Shown piece by piece: positions 13,797-30,052 of a stretch of 64,000 nt of DNA (positions are counted from its first letter, which is position 1; every line of letters begins with the position of its first letter). The notes under the pieces are model-generated. The model saw only the letters and a list, made by a program, of their open reading frames with translations. It was not told the origin of the DNA and did not search any database. The translations under genes were made by a program, and so were the position numbers. The stretch lies in assembly GCF_009914755.1 (NCBI RefSeq), contig NC_060936.1; one strand, given 5' to 3'. The stretch is from the human T2T-CHM13v2.0 reference genome, Homo sapiens.

Positions 13797-14933
13797 GTAA
13801 AATTATTGTTATAAAATAATTAGATAAATATGATCAGTTTTTTTTTCTCCCTAATGAGTACATTTTTCACTTCAGCCTTGTAAGTTAGAAACATATTTAT
13901 AAAGGTACCTGGCTTATAGTATTTATTAAATTGACAGCAGTTTGAGGGTATATCTACAATGAACATGAGATTTTTTTTTCAAGTGTGGCAGGATTTTAGG
14001 GTTAATTATGCTGCACAGTTTTCCAAGATGGTATAATTATCGGGTAAAATACAGGTATTTCTTCTGAATTGGTACAAACTGAAGAAGTCTGTATCCCAAA
14101 AGGGAGCTAAATGCATCTGTCAGCAAAATGTACGTAAATAATAGCAGTTCATAGTCTTTGTTTCAGTGAGAATGAAGCAAATTTTTGGTTTTGTTGTAGA
14201 TTCCACAGTTGTACAGTTTGGGGGTTATAAAAAATTGGAAGTTAGTAAGGAAATTGATACAGAGGAGAAATAAATAATCTAATCCTAGGACTGAAGTAAC
14301 TAAAATTTATTATCTAATTATGCTGTGGTGGATTTCCTCTTGTTCTGCCACCTTCTCCAAATAACAAGGCTGTGTTACGTCTACTGTATTGTATGCTTCA
14401 GCCTCTTTCTGCATTGCCATTGATGTGAGGTTCTTTTTATAGTAGGATAATGCAGAATCTTCACTCAGATAAAATAGAAATTCTTGATAATAGTATTAGA
14501 TTTCTGATGCCTTTTGTTATCAGACCTGCCCATTGGTTATTTCTTAACCAGTTACTGTTTTCTTTTCTCAGAAAATCTTGTTTTACATGGCGAAAGTCTG
14601 ATACATACTGTACCAAATAAGTAGCTCAAGAATATCTGGACACTGCCACTTATGTACATATAGCCTTTGTTCTGTTCTCCCTAGGGGACAACTTTTTACT
14701 GTATTTTACTATTCATTTTATAGGTATATCGTAGTAACCCCTATAATAACATCATTAGTTGTCACACCGTTTTTTTAAGACAGATACCAGAGAGTAACCT
14801 CAGTGATAAACATGTCTTAACTATATATATTTTATTCTTATGTTTGTGCATTCAAATTAGTTGATTTGCTCTTCAGTACGCAGTCTTTATATTTAGCGTC
14901 TCACGGACTTGATTTTCCCTTTGTTGTCTGTAG

Positions 14934-15017
14934 GTGCTGCCAGTGGGTACTGAACTTCCAGCAGGTACTCTACCCAGCGAGCAGCTGCCACCTTTTCCAG
15001 GACCTTCTCTAACCCAG
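14934..15017 (+). CDS. WNK1: WNK1 exon 20 (VLPVGTELPAG...SLTQ)
   Basis: tgtag|gtgctg ... cag|gtgcct, 84 nt. Confidence 0.92.
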
Positions 15018-16854
15018 GTGCCTCAAGACTTGACAAATTTCTTCCTGTGCCCTACTTTCTTTGACAAAGCTTGCTGAAGTTCTCCACTACGTGGTCTTGG
15101 CTTTTGCCTATTTGTCTTTGACTTAGTAACACCTTTCTTTTAAAATGTTATAACCAATGACCCAGTTCCTACTTAAGTAAGAAGCTTCATAGCTCTTTTG
15201 TTTGTAATGTTGCTTCCGGTTATCCAAAAACACTTGATACTAATTTTTTTTTTATATCTTATGAAGGAAGAAAACAGCAAAGCAAACATTTTGTCAGACC
15301 CATATAGCTCCCTTTATCACTCACACTTCTGTAGAATAGCGAAATTGCGTATATAATCAAAATTAACTTTGAGAGTGCCCTAGAAAGGAGAAGCACAATA
15401 TGGCAACTGAGAAACTTTTTCCGCGAGTCCAGAGCAACCAGTCTCTTCTTGAATGTTGATCATTTCTTTCACTAGCCACCTAATGAAGGAATTAGCTTAC
15501 TTATAGGTAGGTATAGGGGTGATGTTTCATGAAAACTATGTGTGCTGTCTCTTTTAAAATAAAAGCCACCGAGCTCAGTGAGATGCTAACATTATGAGAT
15601 CACTCATGGAGGAACTGAGACCAGCCTCATGAACTTGAGATTCCCATCTCACAGTCAGTTCTGCTCACTTGAGTGCAGTGGTGGACAGAATTACCTGTAA
15701 TATTTATTATTTCTCTTTCCCACCGCAGTCCACCGCCAACACATTTGTTGAATTTCCATAAGAAAAGTACTAATTGTGAATCTGTTGTGACCAGGAAAAA
15801 TCTTCTGACATGAGACAAGCCAGTAAACTTTTAAACTAAATTAGGAATTTATTTTTGAATCATATATAAGAAATAAGAAAAACATGGTAAATTGCTTACT
15901 TGAGAAGCTGAGTTGGAATTTATCCCTATTTCTTTGGTCCCAATGTACAGGGGAACACTATTTGAGGAACTTGCCACAATGAAGTAAAAACCCCAACAGA
16001 GAAAGCACTCCATCAGCCACCACATTTGGGGGAAAGTGCATTGTGAAAGTCCGTAAATCAGGAGTTAGAAAATTAGTTTTAAACTTATTTTCTCATTTAA
16101 AAACATGGATTCAGATTTCTAAGGGAGTATAAAGTGTGACAAAAAATAGCAAGTGAGACATGTGGAGGGGTAAGGGTAAATAGCTAGTGCCTAGATAGAG
16201 GGAAAGGCCTAAGCAAAGACTGTGCAAGAATAGATTGATAGAAGCCAAGACAGATGTAGGATTAGACTGTGGAAGGGTAGAAGGAAGCTGTGTGCTTGCG
16301 GTGGATGGAATGGTTAACAGGATGGAATACCCAGACCTCCTTGCCACCATCTGTAGGGAAGAAGTATACATGTAAGAAAGAGGAAAATAATACCCTGTGA
16401 TAGTGACAGAATATGTTAATGCCATCTTTTATTCATAGGGGCACCTTCCCAGAAAGATGTATAAAACTGAGAAAGAAAAGAGGGAACATGAGATACAGTG
16501 AATCTACCAGTAGATCTTTGTACATTTTTCACAATATATTTTAAAGGTCGCACAAATAAATAACTCTTTCTACCGTTTTGAGTAACATCAAACATAGAAT
16601 GTAATAAGACTTCTCTTAAACTGCAAAAACATGAACTACTCTGAGCCTTGAGAGTCTGACATACAATCTTGAGAAACTGGCAAAATAATCAAAGCAGTAC
16701 ACTAAATTTGAGTATAGTTTTGTATGTTCCATAAAGACAAATGTTATGTTGTGCCAATATAAAGCATAAAACAGTGTGTCCTATCTAAATTGGCTATATA
16801 TCGTGACTCTGAAGGTGCCACGGAACTGTATTTACTGTGATTGTTTTCATTCAG

Positions 16855-16938
16855 TCCCAGCAACCTCTAGAGGATCTTGATGCTCAATTGAGAAGAACAC
16901 TTAGTCCAGAGATGATCACAGTGACTTCTGCGGTTGGT
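16855..16938 (+). CDS. WNK1: WNK1 exon 21 (SQQPLEDLDAQLRRTLSPEMITVTSAVG)
   Basis: ttcag|tcccag ... ggt|gtaagt, 84 nt. Confidence 0.93.
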
Positions 16939-17251
16939 GTAAGTTTTGAAAATCTTGATAAAATCTCCTCATAACCCTAATATATTATATGCCTGGGACA
17001 CAAACTGTAACCTAAACCATTATTAATACCTTTAACATGTATTCAGAGTTCCTGCTTATTCTAGCCAAAAGAAATGAGACTGATTAATGAAAGATTCATG
17101 CTGACTCAGGAGTATCACTATGGAAAAGATTTTATTTGAAAGGTGCTTTTTTAGTTGTACGTCTGGTCAGATTGTGCCATAGATCAATTCTATGGATTTC
17201 GTATTTTTGTTTCAGAGGAGGCTAAATTTTGTCAGATAAAATAATGTTTTG

Positions 17252-17969
<718 letters not shown>

Positions 17970-18168
17970 TAAAAGGTGCCTTTCTTTACATCAGACTTTT
18001 AGACTTTAAAAGAAAAAGGAAAGAAGATAAAATGTTCTCAGACATAAGTGTTTCATCACATATACTGTCTTTCTGCCCTTTTACAAAGACCATAGGAAAG
18101 GCAACGAGGCAAAAGTTTGAGTGACTGAAGCTAAAGATTTGTGGTGTCTGTCTGTGTGTGTTTTACAG

Positions 18169-18229
18169 CCTGTGTCCATGGCGGCTCCAACAGCAATCAC
18201 AGAAGCAGGAACACAGCCTCAGAAGGGTG
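18169..18229 (+). CDS. WNK1: WNK1 exon 22 (PVSMAAPTAITEAGTQPQKG)
   Basis: tacag|cctgtg ... gtg|gtgaga, 61 nt. Confidence 0.9.
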
Positions 18230-18803
18230 GTGAGAAACATCCTTCCTCCTTTTATATTACTAATTCCAGCCCTACCCGTAGTTGATTCAGGAGGTTTACC
18301 GTTTCAAAGACACATTTCCACGTATTTGATAACTGAGGAGCATTGGTAGTAATATCTAAAGCTTGAAAGATTAGCAAATTAATAAATCTGTTCCGTTATT
18401 ATTTGTCAGAGGAAAGGTTATACAGGAGGTAATGATAAGACCCTTCATTATTAGCTATGCCAGATCCTTGCTATTAGAGATTAGGAAATTAAAGCATACT
18501 GTATTTAGAAAAGTAAATTTACTGATAACCTCTTAGCTTTTGTGACACTGGATATATAGGGATAGAAGCTTGAATAGTCTGGACATATATTTGTATTGAA
18601 ATACAAATGTAAGATTTCAGTTAATCAATTTAAACATTTTTATTTTCAAGGCAATTATATTCTCAATTGGCTCTCATTTTAAAAGTGATTTGCAAATCAT
18701 TAGAATGGTCTAGAAATGGAAAAATGAAAGGGGAATGTAGATTATCAAAATATGTAGAGTATCAAGTATGTACAATGAAAATAATAAAGATTACTACCAA
18801 TAA

Positions 18804-19172
<369 letters not shown>

Positions 19173-19302
19173 TAAGTGGTTTAGAACAACTTGAAAGCCA
19201 TCTGGAAAAAAGCAAAGGTGGATCACTAGCCTAGACATAAGTAAAGTCCAAGTGGACCAAAGATGAAATATTATATCATAAAATAGTACTATATGAAATC
19301 AT

Positions 19303-19961
19303 AAGGGGATTTTTTTTCTTTTTTTTTTTTTTTTTAGTTTTTTAATTTATTAGTAATAACAACTTGAGAATTGCATAGTATTAAGGCATCAGTTCTTGGA
19401 GTGTGGGCTGAGGACCCTTTTGGGGTGCCTATGAGGGCAACACTATTTTACAGTAAAACTAAGACATTATTTTCCTTTTTCACTATAGACAAAAATTTAG
19501 CCAGCTGTGGTGGTGTATGCCTGTAGTCCTAGCTAATCGGGAGGCTGAGACGAGGATTGCCTGAGCCCAGGAGTTCCAGGCTACAGTGAGCTATGGTTTT
19601 GCCACTGCACTCCATCCTAGGTGGCAGAGTGAGACCCTGTCTCAAAAAAAAAATCATGCATGAACAAAAAAATGTATAGGTCAATGGATTTTAATGGCCA
19701 CAGTTATGAATATCTTATTACTATTATTTCAGATCCCACATTATAACTAACTTTTTTTTTTTTTTGTGGCTTGGAAATCTTTTTTTTTTTTAATTTTATT
19801 ATTATTATACTTTTAAGTTTTAGGGTACATGTGCACAACGTGCAGGTTTGTTACATATGTATACATGTGCCATGTTGGTGTGCTGCACCCATTAACTCGT
19901 CATTTAGCATTAGGTATATCTCCTAATGCCATCCCTCCCCCGTCCCAAGGGGATTTTTTTC
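19303..19961 (-). mobile_element. 5'-truncated L1PA 3' end (19780-19946) plus 3'-transduced segment, bounded by TSD
   Basis: L1PA 3'UTR terminus; aaggggattttttt(t)c at 19303-19318 and 19947-19961; second poly(A) with AATAAA. Confidence 0.85.
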
Positions 19962-19971
19962 AACTATCTAG

Positions 19972-20165
19972 AGCAGGGTTCACAAACTCTTTTTCTGTAA
20001 AGGGCGAGATGGTACAAATTTTAGGCTTTCTAGACCATATAGTCTCTTGCAACTTACTCAGATCTCACAAGTAGCAATGGACAATACATAAATAAATGAG
20101 TTTGTGTTTCAATAGAATTTATTTACAAAAACAGGCAGTAGGCTGAATTTGGTCCATGGATCAGT
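19972..20165. mobile_element. MER58A-like hAT MITE
   Basis: cagggttcacaaactcttttctgtaaagggc...tttatttacaaaaacaggcag similarity to recalled consensus. Confidence 0.65.
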
Positions 20166-20591
20166 TTGGAGTTCTCAGATAAGTTTAATAGAGGTGTTAA
20201 GTTCAATGTCTAATCCAGAAGCAAGTAGTAATAGATATAAAATTTTCTTCATGGAAGAAAAGTGCCACCGATTGCAAATATAAATGAAAAACTGGGGAAA
20301 TATATATATTTGTGGGAGGGGGAGGGGTATGTGTAGTCATATCACAAAAAGAACTCATTTTGCTAATACAAAGAGTTCCTAAAATTCAACATGAACCAAA
20401 AAACAATCAAAAGATAACAGAAAAGGAAACTTAGACATGAAAATATTTAATGTCCGTAATGATAGAAACACAAAGTAAGGCTACAAGTGATAGCAATTCC
20501 CACCTCTCATTGGTAAATTCAGGGGTCTAATAGCCACCAGTGACTTGGTACAGCCTCTGGGGGGATCAGTTTATAATAGTGATGTCTACTA

Positions 20592-21995
<1,404 letters not shown>

Positions 21996-22319
21996 TTAAT
22001 GTCCTCAGTAAAATCTCATCCTTCATTTCACTTACTTATATATCTGAATTAAAGAATGAGTAATTGAGTTTTTAAAGCCTGTTAACCTTTGTTTTTATAG
22101 TATATGTTAATGTTGTAGTTGGTATCTAGTAGTAGAGCAAACAATAACTCTTTTCCCCTGTTGGACAGAGCCTCATGGAGGGAGGAGATAAGGAAGTTCT
22201 CTTTGCCTCTAACAGCTTTCCTCATGTGTAGTTTGATTTTGCTGTATTTCTAGCTAAAGGGAAAAGAAGTTAACTGGAAGGAGACACTTATGTTTTCCTC
22301 ATCCATGTATTTGTTTCAG

Positions 22320-22393
22320 TTTCTCAAGTCAAAGAAGGCCCTGTCCTAGCAACTAGTTCAGGAGCTGGTGTTTTTAAGATGGGACGATTTCAG
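22320..22393 (+). CDS. WNK1: WNK1 exon 23 (VSQVKEGPVLATSSGAGVFKMGRFQ)
   Basis: ttcag|tttctc ... cag|gtaaga, 74 nt. Confidence 0.93.
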
Positions 22394-23169
22394 GTAAGAC
22401 AGTCACTTTGTGTTGCCTTGATTCCTTCCTTTGGAGGAGTTGTCTATATAATAAAATTACTGCCTACCTATTTGGGACACAATTGCCAGTCTAGTGATTT
22501 CTGTCACATAGTACTTTATAGCTCTTTTTAGCATTTTCCTAATAAAAGTAATATATACTAAATAAAATATAGAAATACTTAGAACAGTAGAGACACGGTA
22601 GATAGTCGTACTATCTATCCACCCACCTCCCAAGATTACTTTTTGGGGTGTATTTCCTTCCACTCCTTGTTTTCTGTACAAGTGTTTATCTAAAATTTAC
22701 TACCATTTCTCCTGTTCCAAATGTTACAGCTTTTTTTCCCATCCAGTAATTGGTTTACCTAACCAGTCTCTATCATCATTTCTCATTTTTCCAACATAAT
22801 AAGTAACAGCAAACATCTTTGTGTATAAAAATGTTTTCCACGTTTAAAATAATTGTCCTAAGATTAATTCTTTAAATTAAAACACATGATACCATATCAC
22901 TTTATTTTACCAGGTTGTCCAACATGTGAGCATTTTCTGGCTGGGGAGAGTAGGTGATATTTTTCTCATTTGTAAACAGGTCCTGAACCTTTATAGGTGG
23001 GCTGAGTTTGTATTTGTAAATACATGGACAAACCAGAACAAGGATCTGGATCCTCTTTTTTAGTTACCAGTTAGTTGTGTTGATTCTTGAGGCATACCAG
23101 GCATTTAACATTTACCTTGTAGTTTTTCTTATTCACAGGCAACCCTAAAAATTCTACAATGCCTTGCTA

Positions 23170-23512
<343 letters not shown>

Positions 23513-23823
23513 TGACCTTTTGTTATGTATATGTTGACTAAGACATAAATCTGAATTCTGTGTATGACATCAAATACGAAAGTAAATTATTTACTTTATA
23601 AGCGTAGCCAGCCACACAGAATCTGCATCTCAGTACCCATGTGTTCTCTATGATGGTATTCAATTTTTCTTCCTAGTCAAAGGTGGAGGCGCTATGTAAA
23701 GAGACAATCAGCCTACTCTTTGACAGGGAAATAAAGTGATTCTTTTTTTCCTTTTTTAAATTGTCTGTGATAGAAATTGGATATTGAGAACTTAAGTTTT
23801 TAATCTTTGTCCTTTTTTATCAG

Positions 23824-24485
23824 GTTTCTGTTGCAGCAGACGGTGCCCAGAAAGAGGGTAAAAATAAGTCAGAAGATGCAAAGTCTGTTCATTTTGAATC
23901 CAGCACCTCAGAGTCCTCAGTGCTATCAAGTAGTAGTCCAGAGAGTACCTTGGTGAAACCAGAGCCGAATGGCATAACCATCCCTGGTATCTCTTCAGAT
24001 GTGCCAGAGAGTGCCCACAAAACTACTGCCTCAGAGGCAAAGTCAGACACTGGGCAGCCTACCAAGGTTGGACGTTTTCAGGTGACAACTACAGCAAACA
24101 AAGTGGGTCGTTTCTCTGTATCAAAAACTGAGGACAAGATCACTGACACAAAGAAAGAAGGACCAGTGGCATCTCCTCCTTTTATGGATTTGGAACAAGC
24201 TGTTCTTCCTGCTGTGATACCAAAGAAAGAGAAGCCTGAACTGTCAGAGCCTTCACATCTAAATGGGCCGTCTTCTGACCCGGAGGCCGCTTTTTTAAGT
24301 AGGGATGTGGATGATGGTTCCGGTAGTCCACACTCGCCCCATCAGCTGAGCTCAAAGAGCCTTCCTAGCCAGAATCTAAGTCAAAGCCTTAGTAATTCAT
24401 TTAACTCCTCTTACATGAGTAGCGACAATGAGTCAGATATCGAAGATGAAGACTTAAAGTTAGAGCTGCGACGACTACGAGATAA
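23824..24485 (+). CDS. WNK1: WNK1 exon 24 (RFQV 24073-24084, RFSV 24109-24120, acidic SSDNESDIEDED, start of coiled coil)
   Basis: atcag|gtttct ... taa|gtaagt, 662 nt, ORF 23920-24489. Confidence 0.97.
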
Positions 24486-24637
24486 GTAAGTATATTTTCT
24501 CTTGTGAAAGAATGTCAGATAAGGTTTTCAGACCTAGATCCCAGGGCCAAGATTAATAATATTTTTCGCCACAATATGCTAATGTCTCATTTCTTTTAAA
24601 GAGACAGTGCCACAGAAGCCCCACCCCATACCTCCCC

Positions 24638-24666
24638 ACCACACACACACACACACACACACACAC
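24638..24666 (+). repeat. (AC)n microsatellite
   Basis: Perfect CA run. Confidence 0.9.
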
Positions 24667-25205
24667 GATTCCCAACCACTGACTCACAGGCACAGGCAGC
24701 TTCTCTTGCACTCATACAGACCCATAGCATTTCTAGTTCTAGAACTTCTTCATTGTTACTATATTATTACTGTATTATTGTTACTGTATTGTATTATTAT
24801 TTTTATTAATAGCATATTGTATCACTATTAACTGCTCTTTATTTATTAGTCCACTAAATGAATCTGGCACTGGGATGTATGATTATTTGGCACGTTTTGT
24901 TTGGCAGATTGGGTCAGAGTAGCAAATTCAGCTATTGTGTGCGTGGCCTCAAAAGTCAGGAAATGTTTTTCTCCTAAAACATTATCAACCATTTGTTGTT
25001 GGCTAGGAGCTTGTTGGAACATGGCTTGGGTAATGCAGGCCAGCAAGGTGAGTTGACAAACTAGAATCTCGTGGTAGTACATTTGGGGAAAAGGTTCATT
25101 AGTAACTACTACATACTTGAAAGCAGGTTTAGGAATATGCTGTTAATTCTTGTCTGAATGAAGAGGATTATGGTATTTTGAATTATGTTTGGTTATCTTT
25201 CACAG

Positions 25206-25408
25206 ACATCTCAAAGAGATTCAGGACCTGCAGAGTCGCCAGAAGCATGAAATTGAATCTTTGTATACCAAACTGGGCAAGGTGCCCCCTGCTGTTATTA
25301 TTCCCCCAGCTGCTCCCCTTTCAGGGAGAAGACGACGACCCACTAAAAGCAAAGGCAGCAAATCTAGTCGAAGCAGTTCCTTGGGGAATAAAAGCCCCCA
25401 GCTTTCAG
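25206..25408 (+). CDS. WNK1: WNK1 exon 25 (C-terminal coiled coil HLKEIQDLQSRQKHEIESLY; basic GRRRRPTK)
   Basis: cacag|acatct ... cag|gtaaaa, 203 nt, ORF 25189-25476. Confidence 0.96.
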
Positions 25409-25930
25409 GTAAAAAGCCCTGGACTAGGTCAGCCACAGCTGTCCTATCTTTTGTTTCTGTCTCCAGCTGTATGTGACCTGCTGAACATTTGTTGTTTTTG
25501 TTAAATTTCAAAGGAATTTGGCTCTCCTGATATTTTTGCTTCCTTGACTGCTGTACTTACATTTATTGTACCTCTTTTTGAGTCTATAGAAGTAGACTTA
25601 GTGAATACAATGGCTTATTCCATTGTAATCCATATTGCTATCTACTGGTAATCTTTATTTATAGTTATTCTTAAGGATAGACATTTAGCTTTGCCTGTTA
25701 ACTCGTATAACTCACATTTAACCAAACTCTTGGGCAGTTGGAAGAAAATACATTATTCTCTGTTTAGTAAAACTTGGGTAGATTCTTTGTTTTAATGGAT
25801 GACTTAGTCATAATTGCAACTTAGATGAATGTAATCGTCATATAGATATTTGTGTGTATGTCTAAGTGGTAACTTCTTGATTAAGGTTTTTATTTCATTT
25901 ATATTGGGTTAAAGAACTTGCTAGTCATTG

Positions 25931-28027
<2,097 letters not shown>

Positions 28028-28215
28028 TATCTATTGAGTCTTAGTGTCATTCCTCACTTCTCCCGTTAGTGAGGACTTTGTTCTTCTCATCAGTTTGTAG
28101 CTTTTGACCCATCATTCATCACTCAGTGGAACAAACCAAATGTATAAGAACAGTGCCTGATGAGTGCATGGGAAGAGCTGGACATGTTTCCTCATGCCAC
28201 TTTATCTTTTGGCAG

Positions 28216-28410
28216 GTAACCTGTCTGGTCAGAGTGCAGCTTCAGTCTTGCACCCCCAGCAGACCCTCCACCCTCCTGGCAACATCCCAGAGTCCGGGCA
28301 GAATCAGCTGTTACAGCCCCTTAAGCCATCTCCCTCCAGTGACAACCTCTATTCAGCCTTCACCAGTGATGGTGCCATTTCAGTACCAAGCCTTTCTGCT
28401 CCAGGTCAAG
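28216..28410 (+). CDS. WNK1: WNK1 exon 26
   Basis: ggcag|gtaacc ... aag|gtaata, 195 nt, phase 1-1, ORF 28164-28445. Confidence 0.94.
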
Positions 28411-29300
28411 GTAATAAAGCAACCATCATCGTCCAAAAACAATAAAATGGAGATGTTGCCATACCTGGGACAAAAGCCTGTTAAGGCGGGTTGGGAGACT
28501 AGCTGACCAGAACACAGCCTGTGTGTTGTACACTGAAGAATCTGGGTGAAAAGGGAAGTGGAGTGATAATGAGAATCGGTGGGCTCACTGCTCCCATTAG
28601 GTGAAATTACTTTTTTTCAAGGAATTACAGTGAAAAGTTACATCTGTGTGGCCTATATGACTTGCTCATTTGGGATTTGGAACTTAGGCTTTAATATTAG
28701 GCTGAGATTTCCTGGATGAAATTCTAAGGTGTTTTAGCAGTTTCTGAAGCTAATACATTTTCTTAGCCATTGTAGAATTTTGTTACTTTTAAGTATGGGA
28801 GTGGCATACTAAAATGAATAACCTTACAATTCAGTTTTTTATCCATAATCTACTTTCCAAATATAGCTCTGTTTATTAGTGATTGCTGAAAAAATTCCCA
28901 CAGAGGAAAGAGCTTTTAGTCATATTAGAACAAGAATTGAAAAGACTTGGGCATCTGGGTGAGAAGAATGAAAAAAATATAGGTACTGGCTTATGTGCCT
29001 TTGCCACAGTTTCACAGAAATTAGAGATCAGTCTCTTCACAGGAAGAATGCACTTGATTGGTAAGGAGGGCAAACTAGCTAGCATTATTCGAACTAAGAA
29101 AAGCTTCCGCATTTTGCAGATGGGTAGAATTAAGACCTAATATTTCATCTCTTACATATCTGACCTTCCCCCCAGAAGCTTGTTCTTCTGTGTGCCATCT
29201 TAGTGCATTTCACCACTCCAGCCTCAAGTTTCTAACATCTTGTAGTTGTGTTCTGTCTCTTCTCCTCTCTCTGTTCTACCCTGTTTTTCCCCTCTCACAG

Positions 29301-29372
29301 GCTGTGCGAAGTTTAACTGTGCATCTGAACAGGTGACATTCAAACCTGGTGGCAGGAGGACCCGATTTCTGA
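29301..29372 (+). CDS. WNK1: WNK1 alternative exon 26a (G-CAKFNCASEQVTFKPGGRRTRFL)
   Basis: Long pyrimidine tract, cacag|gctgtg, ctga|gtacgc; 72 nt, phase 1-1, open frame; matches recalled neural cassette exon 26a. Confidence 0.82.
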
Positions 29373-29755
29373 GTACGCCCTGCTTGGCTCTTTGTGTGTA
29401 ACACCTTTACTCCTTCCTTGTCCTTGTGTTTCTGCTGCTTGGATCTGATGTTTCACGCAGTCCATTTTCATTTGTCTCTTTTTGTATATCATCTACTCAG
29501 TGGCTTGGCTGAATTACTGTTACCCTCAGAAGTTTGGGCCCCCACATTAATTATGATAAAAAATGTCAAAATAACAAGTTATCTACAAATTTCAATGTAA
29601 CTTTCTGGTAGAAGTGCTTCTTCATGGATCTGTGACAGAGAGTGGATATGGTATCTAGGCAATAGATTGCTGGGTCATTTAGAATAATGAAGACTGAACT
29701 CCACAGTCGTAGTCAGTGCTGTCTGTCTGCCCTAGCATTAGAAATGAGAGAAATC

Positions 29756-30052
29756 AGCCAGACACGGTGGCGTACACCTGTAATCCCAGCACTTTGGGAG
29801 GCCGAGGCGGGAAGATTGCTTGAGGCCAGGAGCTCGAGACCAACCCTGGGCAACATGGTGATACCCCATCTCTAAAAAAAAAAAAAAAGTTAGCCTGGCA
29901 TGGTGGTGTGCACCTATAGTCCCAGCTGCCCAGGAGGCTGAGGCGGGAGGATTACCACCTTAAGACCAGGAGGTTGAGACTGCAGTGAGCCATGATTGCA
30001 CCACTGCACCCCAGCCTGAGCGACAGAGTGAGACTCTATCTCAAAAAAAAGA
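29756..30052 (+). mobile_element. AluJ-like element
   Basis: Diverged Alu dimer. Confidence 0.85.
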
